64,000 nucleotides of DNA from Eledone cirrhosa (taxonomy: Eukaryota): the NCBI GenBank assembly GCA_964016885.1, contig OZ024747.1:52638001-52702000 (forward strand). Direction: 5' to 3'. Below, piece by piece: positions 41,264-53,130 of this stretch. The notes under the pieces are model-generated. The model was not told the origin of the DNA and made no database searches. It saw nothing but the letters and a program-made list of their open reading frames with translations. A program made the translations under genes and the position numbers. Positions within the stretch are counted from its first letter, which is position 1. Each line of letters starts with the position of its first letter.

Positions 41264-41830
41264 TTAACCCTTTAGCATTTAAACCGGTCATATCCAGCCA
41301 GATTTCTCTCACCTCTTTCTGTTCAAACCGGTTGCTCATATTTATGATAAGGTATTGTTCTCAAAATAAATAATATTAAAATCTCAGATTCGATATTATG
41401 AGAGATAATTATGTGAGATAAAGCCTCTGCTGTGAAAATACAATAGTAAATGTAGAGTAATCATCATTTCATCATTTCATTTTACGTCCGCTTTTTCCCT
41501 GCTTGCAAGGGTGGGACAGGAACTGATTCTGGCTTGATTTCTACAGCTGGATGCCCTTCCTAACACCAACCTCATTTACAGTGAGTGCTGGGTGCTTTTT
41601 TTTTTGCCGTGGCACCTCCACGACCACCTTGCAGTGGAATGATATGGACCCCAGTCCCTATCATCTCATTTCTACAGCTGACTAAACTGGAGCAATGTGA
41701 AATAAAGTGTCTTGCTCAAGGAAACAACACATCACCCGGTCCGAGAATTGAACTCACAACCTTTCGATTGCAAGGCCAATGCTCTAACCACTAAGCCATG
41801 TGCCTCCACATGTAAATACTAAAGGGTCAA
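41264..41830 (+). mobile_element. piggyBac-like MITE (interrupted)
   Basis: TTAACCCTTTAGCATTTA ... TAAATACTAAAGGGTCAA; the interior matches the 29471 copy. Confidence 0.75.
41461..41807 (-). mobile_element. Full-length composite SINE family B (tRNA head, CORE-like, Ceph-like, RTE tail)
   Basis: Minus strand: GGAGGCACATGGCTTAGTGGTTAGAGC (A box) ... GAGTTCAATTCT (B box) ... CCTTGAGCAAGACACTTTA ... AGGAAGGGCATCCAGC ... CCCACCCTTGCAAGCAGGGAAAAAGCGGACGTAAAATGA. Confidence 0.88.
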
Positions 41831-42269
41831 GTTGAGTGCATTACTGGTACTTTATTTTATTGACCCTGTAATGATGAAAGGCAAAGTTGATCCAACTTGA
41901 CAGGATTTGAACTCTAAATGTAAAGAGCCAGAACAATTACTGTCAAGCATTTGTCTGGTACCAAAGTAGTTCTAATCCCATCAAAATAAACTTTGTGTTT
42001 GTTCTTTCATGTAGATAAAATGAAGTACCATTCAAGTACTAGGGTCAATATAATCGACCCCCACCTCCCAAATTACTGACTGGCCTTGTACCTAAGTTAA
42101 AAATAAAAACAACTATTATTACTGTGACCATATGCAACATATTTATATTTAGTGCCTTTAAGATTAAAGAAATTACCATGGTGGCATGCACACATTGATC
42201 CAGGTACATTTTTCTGTAGATTTATTTATATCTAAAGCAATTTTGGTAGGGTCACAGATAATGGTAAAT

Positions 42270-42871
42270 ATATGATATATATATATATATATATATGATA
42301 TATATATATATATACATACATATACATATATATATACACATATATATACATATATATACACACATATATATATACATATATATACACACATATATATATA
42401 TACATATATATACACACATATATATATATACATATATATACACACATATATATATATACATATATATACACATATACATATATATACACATATATATATA
42501 TACATATATATACACATATATATATATATACACATATATACACATACACATATATACACATATATATATACACATATATACACATATATATATATATACA
42601 CATATATATATACACATATATACACATATATATATACATATATACACATATATATATATACATATATATACACATATATACACATATATACACACATATA
42701 TATATACACATATATACACACATATATATATACACATATATACACACATATATATATACACATATATACACACATATATACACACATATATATATACACA
42801 TATATACACACATATATACACACACACATATATATATATACACATATACACACATATATATATATATACAC

Positions 42872-42902
<31 letters not shown>

Positions 42903-42945
42903 TATATATATATATATATATACACATATATATATATATATATTA
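42270..42945. repeat. (TA)n/(CA)n compound microsatellite
   Basis: About 670 bp of TATATACACA-type repeats. Confidence 0.95.
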
Positions 42946-43178
42946 GATAGATACATATACATATGAAGTCAGACACATAAACATATAAAAACACATCATA
43001 TGATTATACACACACAAACCTGTAGTCCACACATACACACACATACACTGAACTGAGAATGCACCTGAAGATGGAGGATGGAGGTCAACAGCAGAGGACA
43101 GAAACCTTATTTCACTCACAAAGCTCGGGTCAATCTAAAAATATGGTACAGACATCCAAGATGTTATGCAGTAGGGTT

Positions 43179-43838
43179 GAACCCAGTACATCATGATTGG
43201 GGAAACAAACCTGAACCCAGCACCTCATTGTTGGGGAAATAAGCCTGAACCCAGTACCACATTATTGGGGTAACAAACATGAACCCAGTACCACATTATT
43301 GGGGTAACAAACATGAACCCAGTACCACATTATTGGGGTAACAAACATGAACCCAGCACCTCATGATTGGGGTAACAAACATGAACCCAGCACCTCATGA
43401 TTGGGGTAACAAACATGAACCCAGCACCTCATGATTGGGGTAACAAACCTGAACCCAGTACCACATTATTGGGGTAACAAACATGAACCCAGCACCTCAT
43501 GATTGGGGTAACAAACATGAACCCAGCACCACATTATTGGGGTAACAAACATGAACCCAGCACCTCATGATTGGGGTAACAAACCTGAACCCAGCACCTC
43601 ATGATTGGGGTAACAAACATGAACCCAGCACCTTATGATTGGGGTAACAAACATGAACCCAGCACCTCATGATTGGGGTAACAAACCTGAACCCAGCACC
43701 TCATGATTGGGGTAACAAACATGAACCCAGCACCACATTATTGGGGTAACAAACATGAACCCAGCACCTCATTATTGGGGTAACAAACATGAACCCAGCA
43801 CCTCATTATTGGGGTAACAAACCTGAACCCAGCACCAC
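43179..43838. repeat. 34-bp minisatellite (about 19 copies)
   Basis: Unit GAACCCAGCACCTCATGATTGGGGTAACAAACAT. Confidence 0.95.
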
Positions 43839-44044
43839 CTTTTTTTTTTACAAGCATTTGTTCTATGTTACCCATGTACATTGTATATAGTCATGTATGT
43901 GAAGTGGTTGGTGATAAGAAAGGCACTGATGTCCAAAAAGAGATGCCAAAAGTAGAACATGTTTAACAAGGCATGATGCTCTTCCTAAAGAGGACAGTAG
44001 CTTTAAACATGTACTGATCATCGAAAGGCTGATGTAAAATAATT

Positions 44045-44233
44045 GTTTCTACTTTTTGGCACAAGGCCAGCAATCACCCAGTGCATTACTGGTACTTTAT
44101 TTTATAGACCTCGTAAGGATGAAAGGCAAAATTAACTTCGGCGGGATTTGAACTCAGAATGGCAAGGGCCATAACTCTATGCGTCAAAGCATGGCGTCCG
44201 ACTCTGTACCAATACTGCCAATCCACCGCCCCT
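44045..44233 (-). mobile_element. SINE family A copy
   Basis: Highly similar to 31071-31259. Confidence 0.88.
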
Positions 44234-44947
44234 TGTAAAATAATGTTTGCATGTAAGTGTGTATATGTGTGTGTGAATATATATATGTGTGTGTCTGTCA
44301 TTAGAATTAAGTGAATTCTATTACAACAATGGAAATAGCAAATTCTTCAAAAATAGTTGATTTTATAGTAAATAAATCCCCAAACTTTTGATGCTTATTT
44401 TTTCACAATAAAAAGAAAGCGAAAAAAATACAAAAAAAGCAATCTTGACTCCATATGAAACGGCAATTTAATTTTTTTTCCACTTAAGTTGGAATTTTAA
44501 AAAGTTTTTGAATTTTACTAAGTGCCCCCCCCACATACACACTTCTGTTTTGGAAAGGAAAACATCTGTTTTACGAAGAAGTTTAATTACAAATCGAAAA
44601 ATAAAAAGATTAATGAAATCCTCCCTCCCCCACTACATCGAACACCATGCCCTCTGTAAAATAACAATGACATGTGGTGCATTATAATGTACAATTATCC
44701 AACAGCACCTGCAACTAAACCAAAGTGTTTGGTGCAGTAGTAGTGACAGTAGCAACAACAAGCCTGAAATAACAGTCATATGTATGTATATATATATGAG
44801 AGAGAGAGAGAGAGTGAGAGAGAGAGAGAGAGAGAGAGATGTAAAATCCTGAGAATGGCACCAGGATTAGTGATCTCCTGGTCTCAGCAATTCAAAGGGT
44901 CAGCTACTCTGAATCTCCTTGAATATTGTGTTAAGTGTAGATGAGAC

Positions 44948-45109
44948 TGTACTGTTGATCAAACAACTGGACCACTCATTGCTGGAACTGCCAGTGTTCC
45001 ATGTACTGTTGATCAAACAACTGGACCACTCATTGCTGGAACTGCCAGTGTTCCATGTACTGTTGATCAAACAACTGGACCACTCATTGCTGGAACTGCC
45101 AGTGTTCCA
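44948..45109. repeat. 54-bp tandem repeat, 3 identical copies
   Basis: Unit TGTACTGTTGATCAAACAACTGGACCACTCATTGCTGGAACTGCCAGTGTTCCA. Confidence 0.95.
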
Positions 45110-45759
45110 ACACATACAAATATACAAATTTGAGAGAGGAAGGGGGTGCAAATGCAAATGAAATACATTGGAATCCTGAAATTGCCAGAAAAATGTTATC
45201 TAAATAAAACTCTTGTATAAGTAGCAACACCGATTTAAAAGTAGTGACCTTATCAAGTCATTCATTAGTAGAGCACTTATGACCTTTAACTATTATCAGG
45301 TCATTGGTGCACTGTTGGTGACCTTGCACTATTACCAGGTTATTCATAGGTACAGTACTAGTGACCTTGCATTAATTCCATTTGTCATGTGGTCCACCTG
45401 TAGTTTTTGTGAAAAGATGAGTGGCTTTGTGTTGAACTAACAATCCTAGCTCAATTCTTTGGCAGGGCAGTGCATTATACTCTTGAGCAAGATGCTTTAC
45501 TTAATGCTGCACCTCACGAAAGACACAAGCTACAATCCTTAAAACACCTAAGAAACCTTCAATGAGTTGTAACCTTATAGGAGACCAGCTAAACCTTCAT
45601 GAGTGTGAGCTGTAAGTTTCATTTTTGTTTGCATATAAAGGACTGAGATTTTAGAAAGATTCAACAAGAACACAGTGTTTGACAAAGACAGATCTTTGAA
45701 TTAAATGTACAGTCTATCATTTATTATAGTGACTTAGTATATCACATACACATGTACAC

Positions 45760-45985
45760 TTAACACAACTCTCAGGGAAAATCAGCAGTAGGACAACAGT
45801 GTACTAGGCTGGACCTTTGAATTACATGTAAAATCCTTCCAATGTGTTTCTGTCAACCGAGTTTCATTCACAAGGTATATGTTGAGCCAAGGTCATAGTA
45901 AAAGACACTACTCCAAGATGTTACATACACTGGGATGGAACCCACAACCTATCGATTATGAAATGAACTTCTATCCACTTGACCA
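45760..45985 (-). mobile_element. Degenerate SINE fragments (CORE-type body and head)
   Basis: CTCAGGGAAAATCAGC ... CCTTTGAATT and TTCATTCACAAGG ... CCAAGATGTTAC ... GGGATGGAACCC; parallels 43105-43190. Confidence 0.55.
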
Positions 45986-45988
45986 AGC

Positions 45989-46336
45989 ATGTATGTGTCC
46001 AGTCCATACAGGGCCTGAGCTTGTGTTCTAATCATTATAATGCATGTGTCCAGTCCATACAGGGCCTGAGCTTGTGTTCTAATCATTATAATGCATGTGT
46101 CCAGTCCATACAGGGCCTGAGCTTGTGTTCTAATCATTATAATGCATGTGTCCAGTCCATACAGGGCCTGTGCTTGTGTTCTAATCATTATAATGTATGT
46201 GTCCAGTCCATACAGGGCCTGTGCTTGTGTCCTAATTATTATAATGTATGTGTCCAGTCCATACAGGGCCTGTGCTTGTGTCCTAATTATTATCAGTCCA
46301 CATGGGGCATGTGCTTGTGTCCTAATTATTATAATG
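45989..46336. repeat. 51-bp minisatellite (about 6.5 copies)
   Basis: Unit ATGCATGTGTCCAGTCCATACAGGGCCTGAGCTTGTGTTCTAATCATTATA. Confidence 0.95.
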
Positions 46337-47471
46337 AGAAATGAAATGAAACAGCTTGATATTAGCTCCACCAAACAACAACAACAACAACAACAACCAC
46401 AATTATTATAAACTACTACCAAAAATAAACCTTCATAACAGTAGAGAAAGAGGAAATGACTAATAACACAGATCATTATAGATCACCTTCTTCAACCAGG
46501 TTCATTCATAGCTGCAGATAATAGGAGTGATGTGGTGGTGATGATGGTAGAGTAGGGGCTGGGAGTGATGCAGTAGGGGATGGTGTGTATAGAGCAGGGC
46601 AGGATAGGGCAGTGAAAGCTAAAATAGAAAAATATATTGATGATGATGATGATAATAATAATATAACCAACAATAACAACAACAAAACACAGTAAGACAA
46701 TAATAATAATGCCATGTAATATCCGGAAGTATGAGAAGGAATAATAATAATAATAAAACAAGGGTAATAATAATAATAATAATAATAATAAGGATGAATA
46801 ATGAATAACTAAAGCAAGATTATAATAGCAGAGGTGTGAGTAATCTTATTGACATGAGAAACTACTACAACCACCGCCACCACCACTAACACCACCACCA
46901 CCACCACCAACACCACCACCACCACCACTTTCAAGTCCTGTTGGTTGTGGCACCACTCCTAGCCAAAGCCAGAACCAACCAGCCAGACTATATAGGAGGG
47001 AGAGGAAATTGTAGCAGACCAATTATTGACTAATAATTATATGACTATACTAATAAAACTTTTAGTAAAAGAAAATAAATAAAAGTAAAAACATTAACCA
47101 AGCCTTTATTAAAAAAAAAAAGAAAAATAAAGACAAATTAGTAAAAAAAAAAAAAAGAAACCTAATACTTCCACAGAAAATTTTTTTTGTTAAAATTCAC
47201 ATGATTATTTTATTTTTAAATATGTCATTTTAGGTGTGGGCTATTGAAAAAGATAAAGAGATAGATAAATAAAAATGCAGAAATGAAATGAAATTACTAA
47301 ATTATGACCATTTTATAATAAAATTTCATGATAATGAAATAAATATCTTTGGTGGGGGTGGGGGCACAGCTGATAGAAAACAGTATAAAATAATAGCATT
47401 ATTTGGGTTAAAACAATATACTATAGAAAGAAAGGTTTTTACAGTGGATATGTGTGTGTCTGTATATATAT

Positions 47472-47528
47472 AAAGGCTTCCTGATGATTTCTACGAAATG
47501 AAACAGTTCTAGTCCTGTAGAAGCCTTT
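47472..47528 (+). ncRNA. Putative type I hammerhead ribozyme
   Basis: Stem I AAAGGCTTC/GAAGCCTTT; core CTGATGA; stem II TTTC-TAC-GAAA(T); GAAA; stem III ACAG-TTCTAGTC-CTGT; cleavage triplet GTA. Confidence 0.7.
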
Positions 47529-47848
47529 CTATATATATATATATATACTTCACTGCTCGCAAGTGTTTTTTAAGCTTCATATCATGTCTCCCTATCTTAT
47601 CTGATGAAAACGCAATCCTTTAAGGCCTCCATACTTCCCGAGATCCGCCAACAGAACAGCTGACACATACACACATGTACTTCCCTGACATTTGTGTATT
47701 ATTCTATGTACTATATTGACGAGTTGTAGTGCACCTGAGCACTTTACACAATAATTTCATTATTATTATTATTATTATCGTCCCATGATGATATTTGTTT
47801 TTAAAATGCGCATAATAATATACATGGAACTCTTTTAACCATCTTTTG

Positions 47849-47883
<35 letters not shown>

Positions 47884-47919
47884 TATATGAATATATACAT
47901 ATAATGTATGTGTGTGTGT

Positions 47920-48060
47920 ACTGAGGTCAACTTTGCCTTTCATCTTTTCGGGGTTCATAAATAAAAGTACCAGTCCATGGGTGGGAGTGGGGTGCTTTAG
48001 CTTGACAGAATTATTAAAGAATCAGATGGCATGCTATGCTGAGTTCAAATCCCGCCTCAT
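47920..48060 (+). mobile_element. SINE family A fragments
   Basis: GAGGTCAACTTTGCCTTTCATCTTTTCGGGGTTCATAAATAAAAGTACCAGT and GAGTTCAAATCCCGCC. Confidence 0.7.
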
Positions 48061-48360
48061 TCTGACAGGAGTTATAATCGGTAGGTACTATTGACTATAG
48101 AAAAACTAATACCAACATAGCCTCTGTTGTCTGATCTAACAAATCAGTTTCTTTCAACTTTCCATCAACATCCACTGTTGTAAAATGCAAAAGTGTTAAC
48201 CCTGTTGATGAAAACCCCTAGAAAGTTGTGTATAACACCTGTCACTGGGCCCTAATAGTTTGAGGGTCCATCACAAAGAAAGTAACATACTGACACAGGT
48301 ACAGTGATTTTGCTTGAAATCGAGTTGATCCCCCCCCCCCCCCCATATATTTGTATGCAT

Positions 48361-48377
48361 CTTTTGGGACACCCTGT
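48361..48377 (-). mobile_element. Solitary Tc1/mariner-like terminal sequence
   Basis: Reverse complement is ACAGGGTGTCCCAAAAG; no partner end identified. Confidence 0.35.
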
Positions 48378-49320
48378 CTGTGTGTGTGTGTGAACTCACA
48401 TATACATTGTATTTTATGAACTCTCAACAGACACTGTTCACCAGTCTTCTCTCTCTTGTATTTTACGAAGGTAATCTGCGACATTACTCTATCACCAATA
48501 TTGTCTTACACCGTATCCCTGCTTGTCGTAAGAAGTAACTGAATTCGTAGGCATTTAACCGAAAAACATAGGTTGTAAAATAAATAAAAAATTAAAAAAA
48601 TCCCCCTCACGATTAGTATCAAGTTAACCACTTCACTAACAGAAAAAAAACGCTGCTTGCTAGTTCTGTAAAGTATATTTATAAACTGGGATCCAATTCT
48701 AAGATAAAACAAAAGCAAATAAATATATATATAGTAAAACTGGCAAGTTTAATATTACATTGTTTATATTAAATTAAATACATTCACACAATTTGGAGTG
48801 TAAGCCTATAACCCGAAAAGTAAAAAAAAAACGCCTTCGAACAGTGAGAAAAACAGACAAGCAATTAAATAATAATACTAAGTTAAAAAACAGAATATAT
48901 ATACACACATACACACATACATATATAAAGCAAGCAGTCGACTGCTCAACAAGGGGAGACAACTATGTAATTCCTGCTGCATATTCCAGAGAGTGCGACT
49001 GATAAATATTGTTGTAACATTTCGCCAATAGGTAGCAGCACTGATGTTAATGGTTAGTGACGGTAAAGGGGTTAGTTACTAAGTGGAGAAGACGAGGCGG
49101 GAGCTATGAGAAACATGTGCGTATTGTTGTCATCTTTCAATAGCAACCATCAACACTTTCTAGCTACTAGAACCAACCAACTGGGGGACTTCCTACGTGC
49201 TGGTTACATTTGCTAGAGATAGCAGCCAAAATCTCCCTTAAAGCACACTTTATTGTCTAAATAAATAGGTACATTTTCTAATAAAAAGACCAGATGGCCT
49301 TGACTCAAATGTCTTAGTCG

Positions 49321-49403
<83 letters not shown>

Positions 49404-49467
49404 AGAAGGCAGATATTTGACGCGATGATCGTGGGTTGGAACACCATTGATTGTGTGTGTGTGAGTG

Positions 49468-49514
<47 letters not shown>

Positions 49515-49683
49515 CTGCCACTATTGGAATTGAATAATAAAAACCGTAGCGGTATATCGCATATTCAATCTCTCATATATTTTATCTGATGAAAACGTAC
49601 TTAAACACCATTGTACCTTTGAAATATGTATAATAAAATATATATTTTGGTTATGAGAATATTTTTCATTTATTAATATTTTG

Positions 49684-49744
<61 letters not shown>

Positions 49745-50027
49745 AGTAACTTGGATCAGAGCTGATCTGGGAGCAAACAACAACAGCGAATATGACAGTT
49801 TACATTTTTATATTTTTAATAAACCATATATTTCCATGTGCTGCTGCTGCCGTCGCCGCTAGATCACAAGAACAATGGTAATTTTCGACATAGCACCCTA
49901 TTCTCGATCCACTGTTCCTACACTGACAAATGGCCAATATCGTCAGAAGAAATTGGCTTAAATTTTTAAATTAACGAAATTAAATCAAGTTATATTGTTT
50001 AGTGTCATATTTATTAGTATCTATCTA

Positions 50028-50180
50028 TTAAACCCTTTCGGTTAACACATCGAGTGAAAATCGACCCTGGTTCTAGGATACATCGATGTTATTTAAAAGT
50101 ATATATTTATCTAAAAACATTCACCATAATTTTATGTAAGAACCTTTGTTAAATTATGTTCCACACACCAGATAAATAAT
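50028..50180 (+). mobile_element. Second piggyBac-like MITE family, one end
   Basis: TTAAACCCTTTCGGTTA start; the reverse complement aligns with 60240-60335. Confidence 0.6.
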
Positions 50181-50183
50181 ATA

Positions 50184-50352
50184 CCGCTTAACCAGGTGTG
50201 TAGAGTTTCTTCCCCACCTTAGCTAGGGGTGTGGAGTTTTTTCCCTACACCACCGCTCAGTTAGGGGTGTGGAGTTTCTTCCCTACACCACCGCTCAGTT
50301 AGGGGTGTGGAGTTTCTTCCCTACACCACCGCTTAGCTAGTGGTCTGGAGCT
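50184..50352. repeat. 38-bp tandem repeat (about 4 copies)
   Basis: Unit CCGCTCAGTTAGGGGTGTGGAGTTTCTTCCCTACACCA. Confidence 0.85.
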
Positions 50353-50407
50353 CTCTTCATTTTTCTCTCTTCCTGTGAATTATGTGAAATATTTATGTAA
50401 ATAATTC

Positions 50408-50920
50408 TTTCTAACATTGGCACAAGGCCAGCAATTTGACCCCAGAACTTAACAGGTACTTTATCTTATCCACCCCGGGAGGATGAAATGCAAAGTTGAC
50501 CTCAATGTAAAAGTTTGTAACTAAATGCAGCAAAGCAGTTTAGCTCGACGCTTAATAGTTATTTTACTAACGTAAATAACTAACAAAAAATGTATATATA
50601 TTACACTGCTTAACAAAGTTGAGGATAAGTACTCACATTTACACATTCGCCTTAGTGTAATCCAGGATTGTGTGAAGTGAGAGTACACTGTCTATAGTGA
50701 TCATCGCAACCTCCTATGTTATGGACCCTTTCTTCTTTGTCAATTTATTAAAACTGGATTGGCAGAATCGTCAACGTGTCGGACTATATATTATAGATGA
50801 TTTGTAGCATGTTCCGACTCCAATACTAGCCGAGGTCAACTTCGCATTTCATCCTTACCGGATCAATAAAATAACTTACCAGACAAAACACTGCGGGCCT
50901 TGTGATTAAATTAGAAACTA
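50408..50920. mobile_element. Two SINE A copies in opposite orientation (50408-50550 minus; 50755-50920 plus)
   Basis: GGCACAAGGCCAGCAATT ... GGATGAAATGCAAAGTTGACCTC, and CCGAGGTCAACTTCGCATTTCATCCTT. Confidence 0.7.
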
Positions 50921-50964
50921 ATGTTGTTGTTAACATTCACACTTTTACTACTTGGTATTAGAAA

Positions 50965-51100
50965 TCAGTCAAAGACCTGATTGAGGTCTGTGGAGGAAAA
51001 CCTGACCTGGTGGGAATAGAGGCCCGTCCATGAGCTTGCGATCGTACGAATGGAGATCTCTTGTAGCCCAATGCTCCAAAGAGAGCAAAAGGATCTAACG
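50965..51100 (+). mobile_element. Possible degenerate RTE LINE 3' end
   Basis: Frameshifted translation LRSVEENLTW ... ACDRT/EWRSLVAQCS resembles the RTE C-terminal A.DR..WR..V motif. Confidence 0.4.
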
Positions 51101-51684
51101 AAAGACACACACTACCAACTTTTTAAAGGGTTTAATCGTGGAGGGAAATGGAGCAGCTAGTGCCCCTGACTCCTGATCTGGCGAGAGGGTGAAGAAAATG
51201 TTTCTCAAACAGCAGATCTAGTCCGAATGCCTTGTTTCATAAGTCATAAGTGTTTCGCTTTTGTACAAGTAGTATTAGTAGTAGTAAAAATAATTTTTTG
51301 AGAAGAAATCATTATTATTAATGGCATTTTTTTTCTCTTAATTTTTTTTTTTTTTTTTGCAAGCCGGCAAGGCAACACTTAATCGGATTTAGTCATCTGT
51401 CGATAATTGAAATTAAAATACCTGCAAAGTACTCTCTCCCTCTCTCATTTTATTCTCTCTCACACACCATATTTTCACAATGAAATAATATCGATCGCCT
51501 CTGTTGACTTTGTTATTTATTTATATAAGAGACACAAAGATAATACGGAAAATAAAATAAACTAGAACATAGCAGCCTCTTCCTCACCAACACCACCCTA
51601 ACAGATACCACCTCAATAACACAACCATCACTGTGTGTGTGTGTGTGTGTGTGATAGTAAGGCTAACAAACACATCCATACAAC

Positions 51685-51761
<77 letters not shown>

Positions 51762-52117
51762 ATATACACAAATGCGAGTCGAATGCTTAATGACAAGAGA
51801 GCCACAAGGTGGTCATTTCAAATGGTAGAATTAACAGCCAGATTCCCTTAAATCACATCATATTACTTTCCAAAACGAAAAAAAAAAAAAAAAATGAAAC
51901 AATGCTCCCGACCAAATTGTTTGTCATCATACGTCTGCTTGGCCATAGCTGACCAGTGGCTAAAATCACCAACCAATAACTACTTTTTAATATATATAAT
52001 TTTGTCTTCGTAATTATTATTATATATATATATATACATAACGAAGGAAATGTGGTAAGGAACCAGATGGACCATAACGCACCAAAGTACTCAATACTTA
52101 GGGTAGTAGAGTGGGTA

Positions 52118-52172
52118 ATAGGAACAAGTATGACCCCGACGGCAGAGCTCTGCCGTCGGGGTCATACTTGTT

Positions 52173-52177
<5 letters not shown>
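52118..52177. repeat. Perfect 60-bp palindrome
   Basis: ATAGGAACAAGTATGACCCCGACGGCAGAG|CTCTGCCGTCGGGGTCATACTTGTTCCTAT, with no spacer and no mismatch. Confidence 0.97.
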
Positions 52178-52217
<40 letters not shown>

Positions 52218-52861
52218 CGAGAGAGAAAGAGGGGAGAATATAAAATACGAAACTTTGAATAAGAATAACAATATCTACATTAATACACGCTAGTCAGCTG
52301 TGTGCGAGCATCATAGACACACACATATATATACACACACACACACATATATATATTTATATTTATATCAGTGGGCTGTGTAGATCCATTTTCAATGGTA
52401 CACAATAAGTTAAGTTTATCGTATAGTTTAGTTACAAACACGAACCAACGTGTTTATTATTAGATCAAAGTTGACTTAAGCATGCTTACGATGTATGTTC
52501 ACTTGGCAATGAAGTCCCAGTTTGAAATGTTGTTTGCTCGTGTGTCTTTTAGCAGAGCCTATAGTCAGGGTTGGATTTATACCTTGGGGGGTCCGGGGCA
52601 CTTCAGGTGGGAAAAAAGGGGGGGGGGGGGGGGGGTCTCATACAAAAACAAAATAGAATACACACCAAACCCCCAAATTTCACATATCAAAGTTAGCTGG
52701 GTGCAGGTAATTGAATTGAAAAGTCATAATATACAGGTCTTAAAGACAAAAAATTCTAACTATTCTAAAACTAAAAAGCTCAGCTGAGGGCACAAATAAA
52801 TTGCTACAGCCGTCGCTGGTGGGCCCCCCCCCCCCCCAGTCATGCCCATATATTGATAATT

Positions 52862-52970
52862 GTTTCTACTTTTGGCACAAGGCCAGCAATTACCCAGTTC
52901 ATTACTGGTACTTTATTTTATGGACCCCGTAAGGATGAAAGGCAAAGTTAACCTCGACGGGATTTGAACA
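52862..52970 (-). mobile_element. SINE family A (truncated at B box)
   Basis: Matches 44045-44155. Confidence 0.85.
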
Positions 52971-53130
52971 ATGTCACACTGATTTGGCTGGTGGATATTT
53001 ACGTTAATGGAACACGTGTCTGTGTTGTTCAATCGCTTTATATTAACTAGAACACAAGATATAATTGTACTCTTAATTCAAAGATCCCAACCTTGTCGTA
53101 AACTGTGTCACGGAGATTCGGTTCCTGAAT

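Larger units (their letters stand above)
41216..41955 (-). mobile_element. SINE family A copy split by nested insertions
   Basis: GGCACAAGGTCAGCAATTT at 41226 resumes as ATTACTGGTACTTTATTTTATTGACCC at about 41840. Confidence 0.75.

Noticed and set aside
41735-41807. tRNA gene (also 58680-58750 and 57342-57400)
   Set aside because: The A and B boxes run directly into SINE body sequence, with no acceptor stem or terminator; these are SINE heads.
47600-47616. CTGATGA motifs at 47602, 49586 and 30257 as additional hammerheads
   Set aside because: No compatible stems I-III with a downstream GAAA and NUH could be built.
52565-52850. Possible hAT-like MITE with poly-G and poly-C tracts
   Set aside because: The CAGGG start is suggestive, but no convincing matching TIR or TSD was found.
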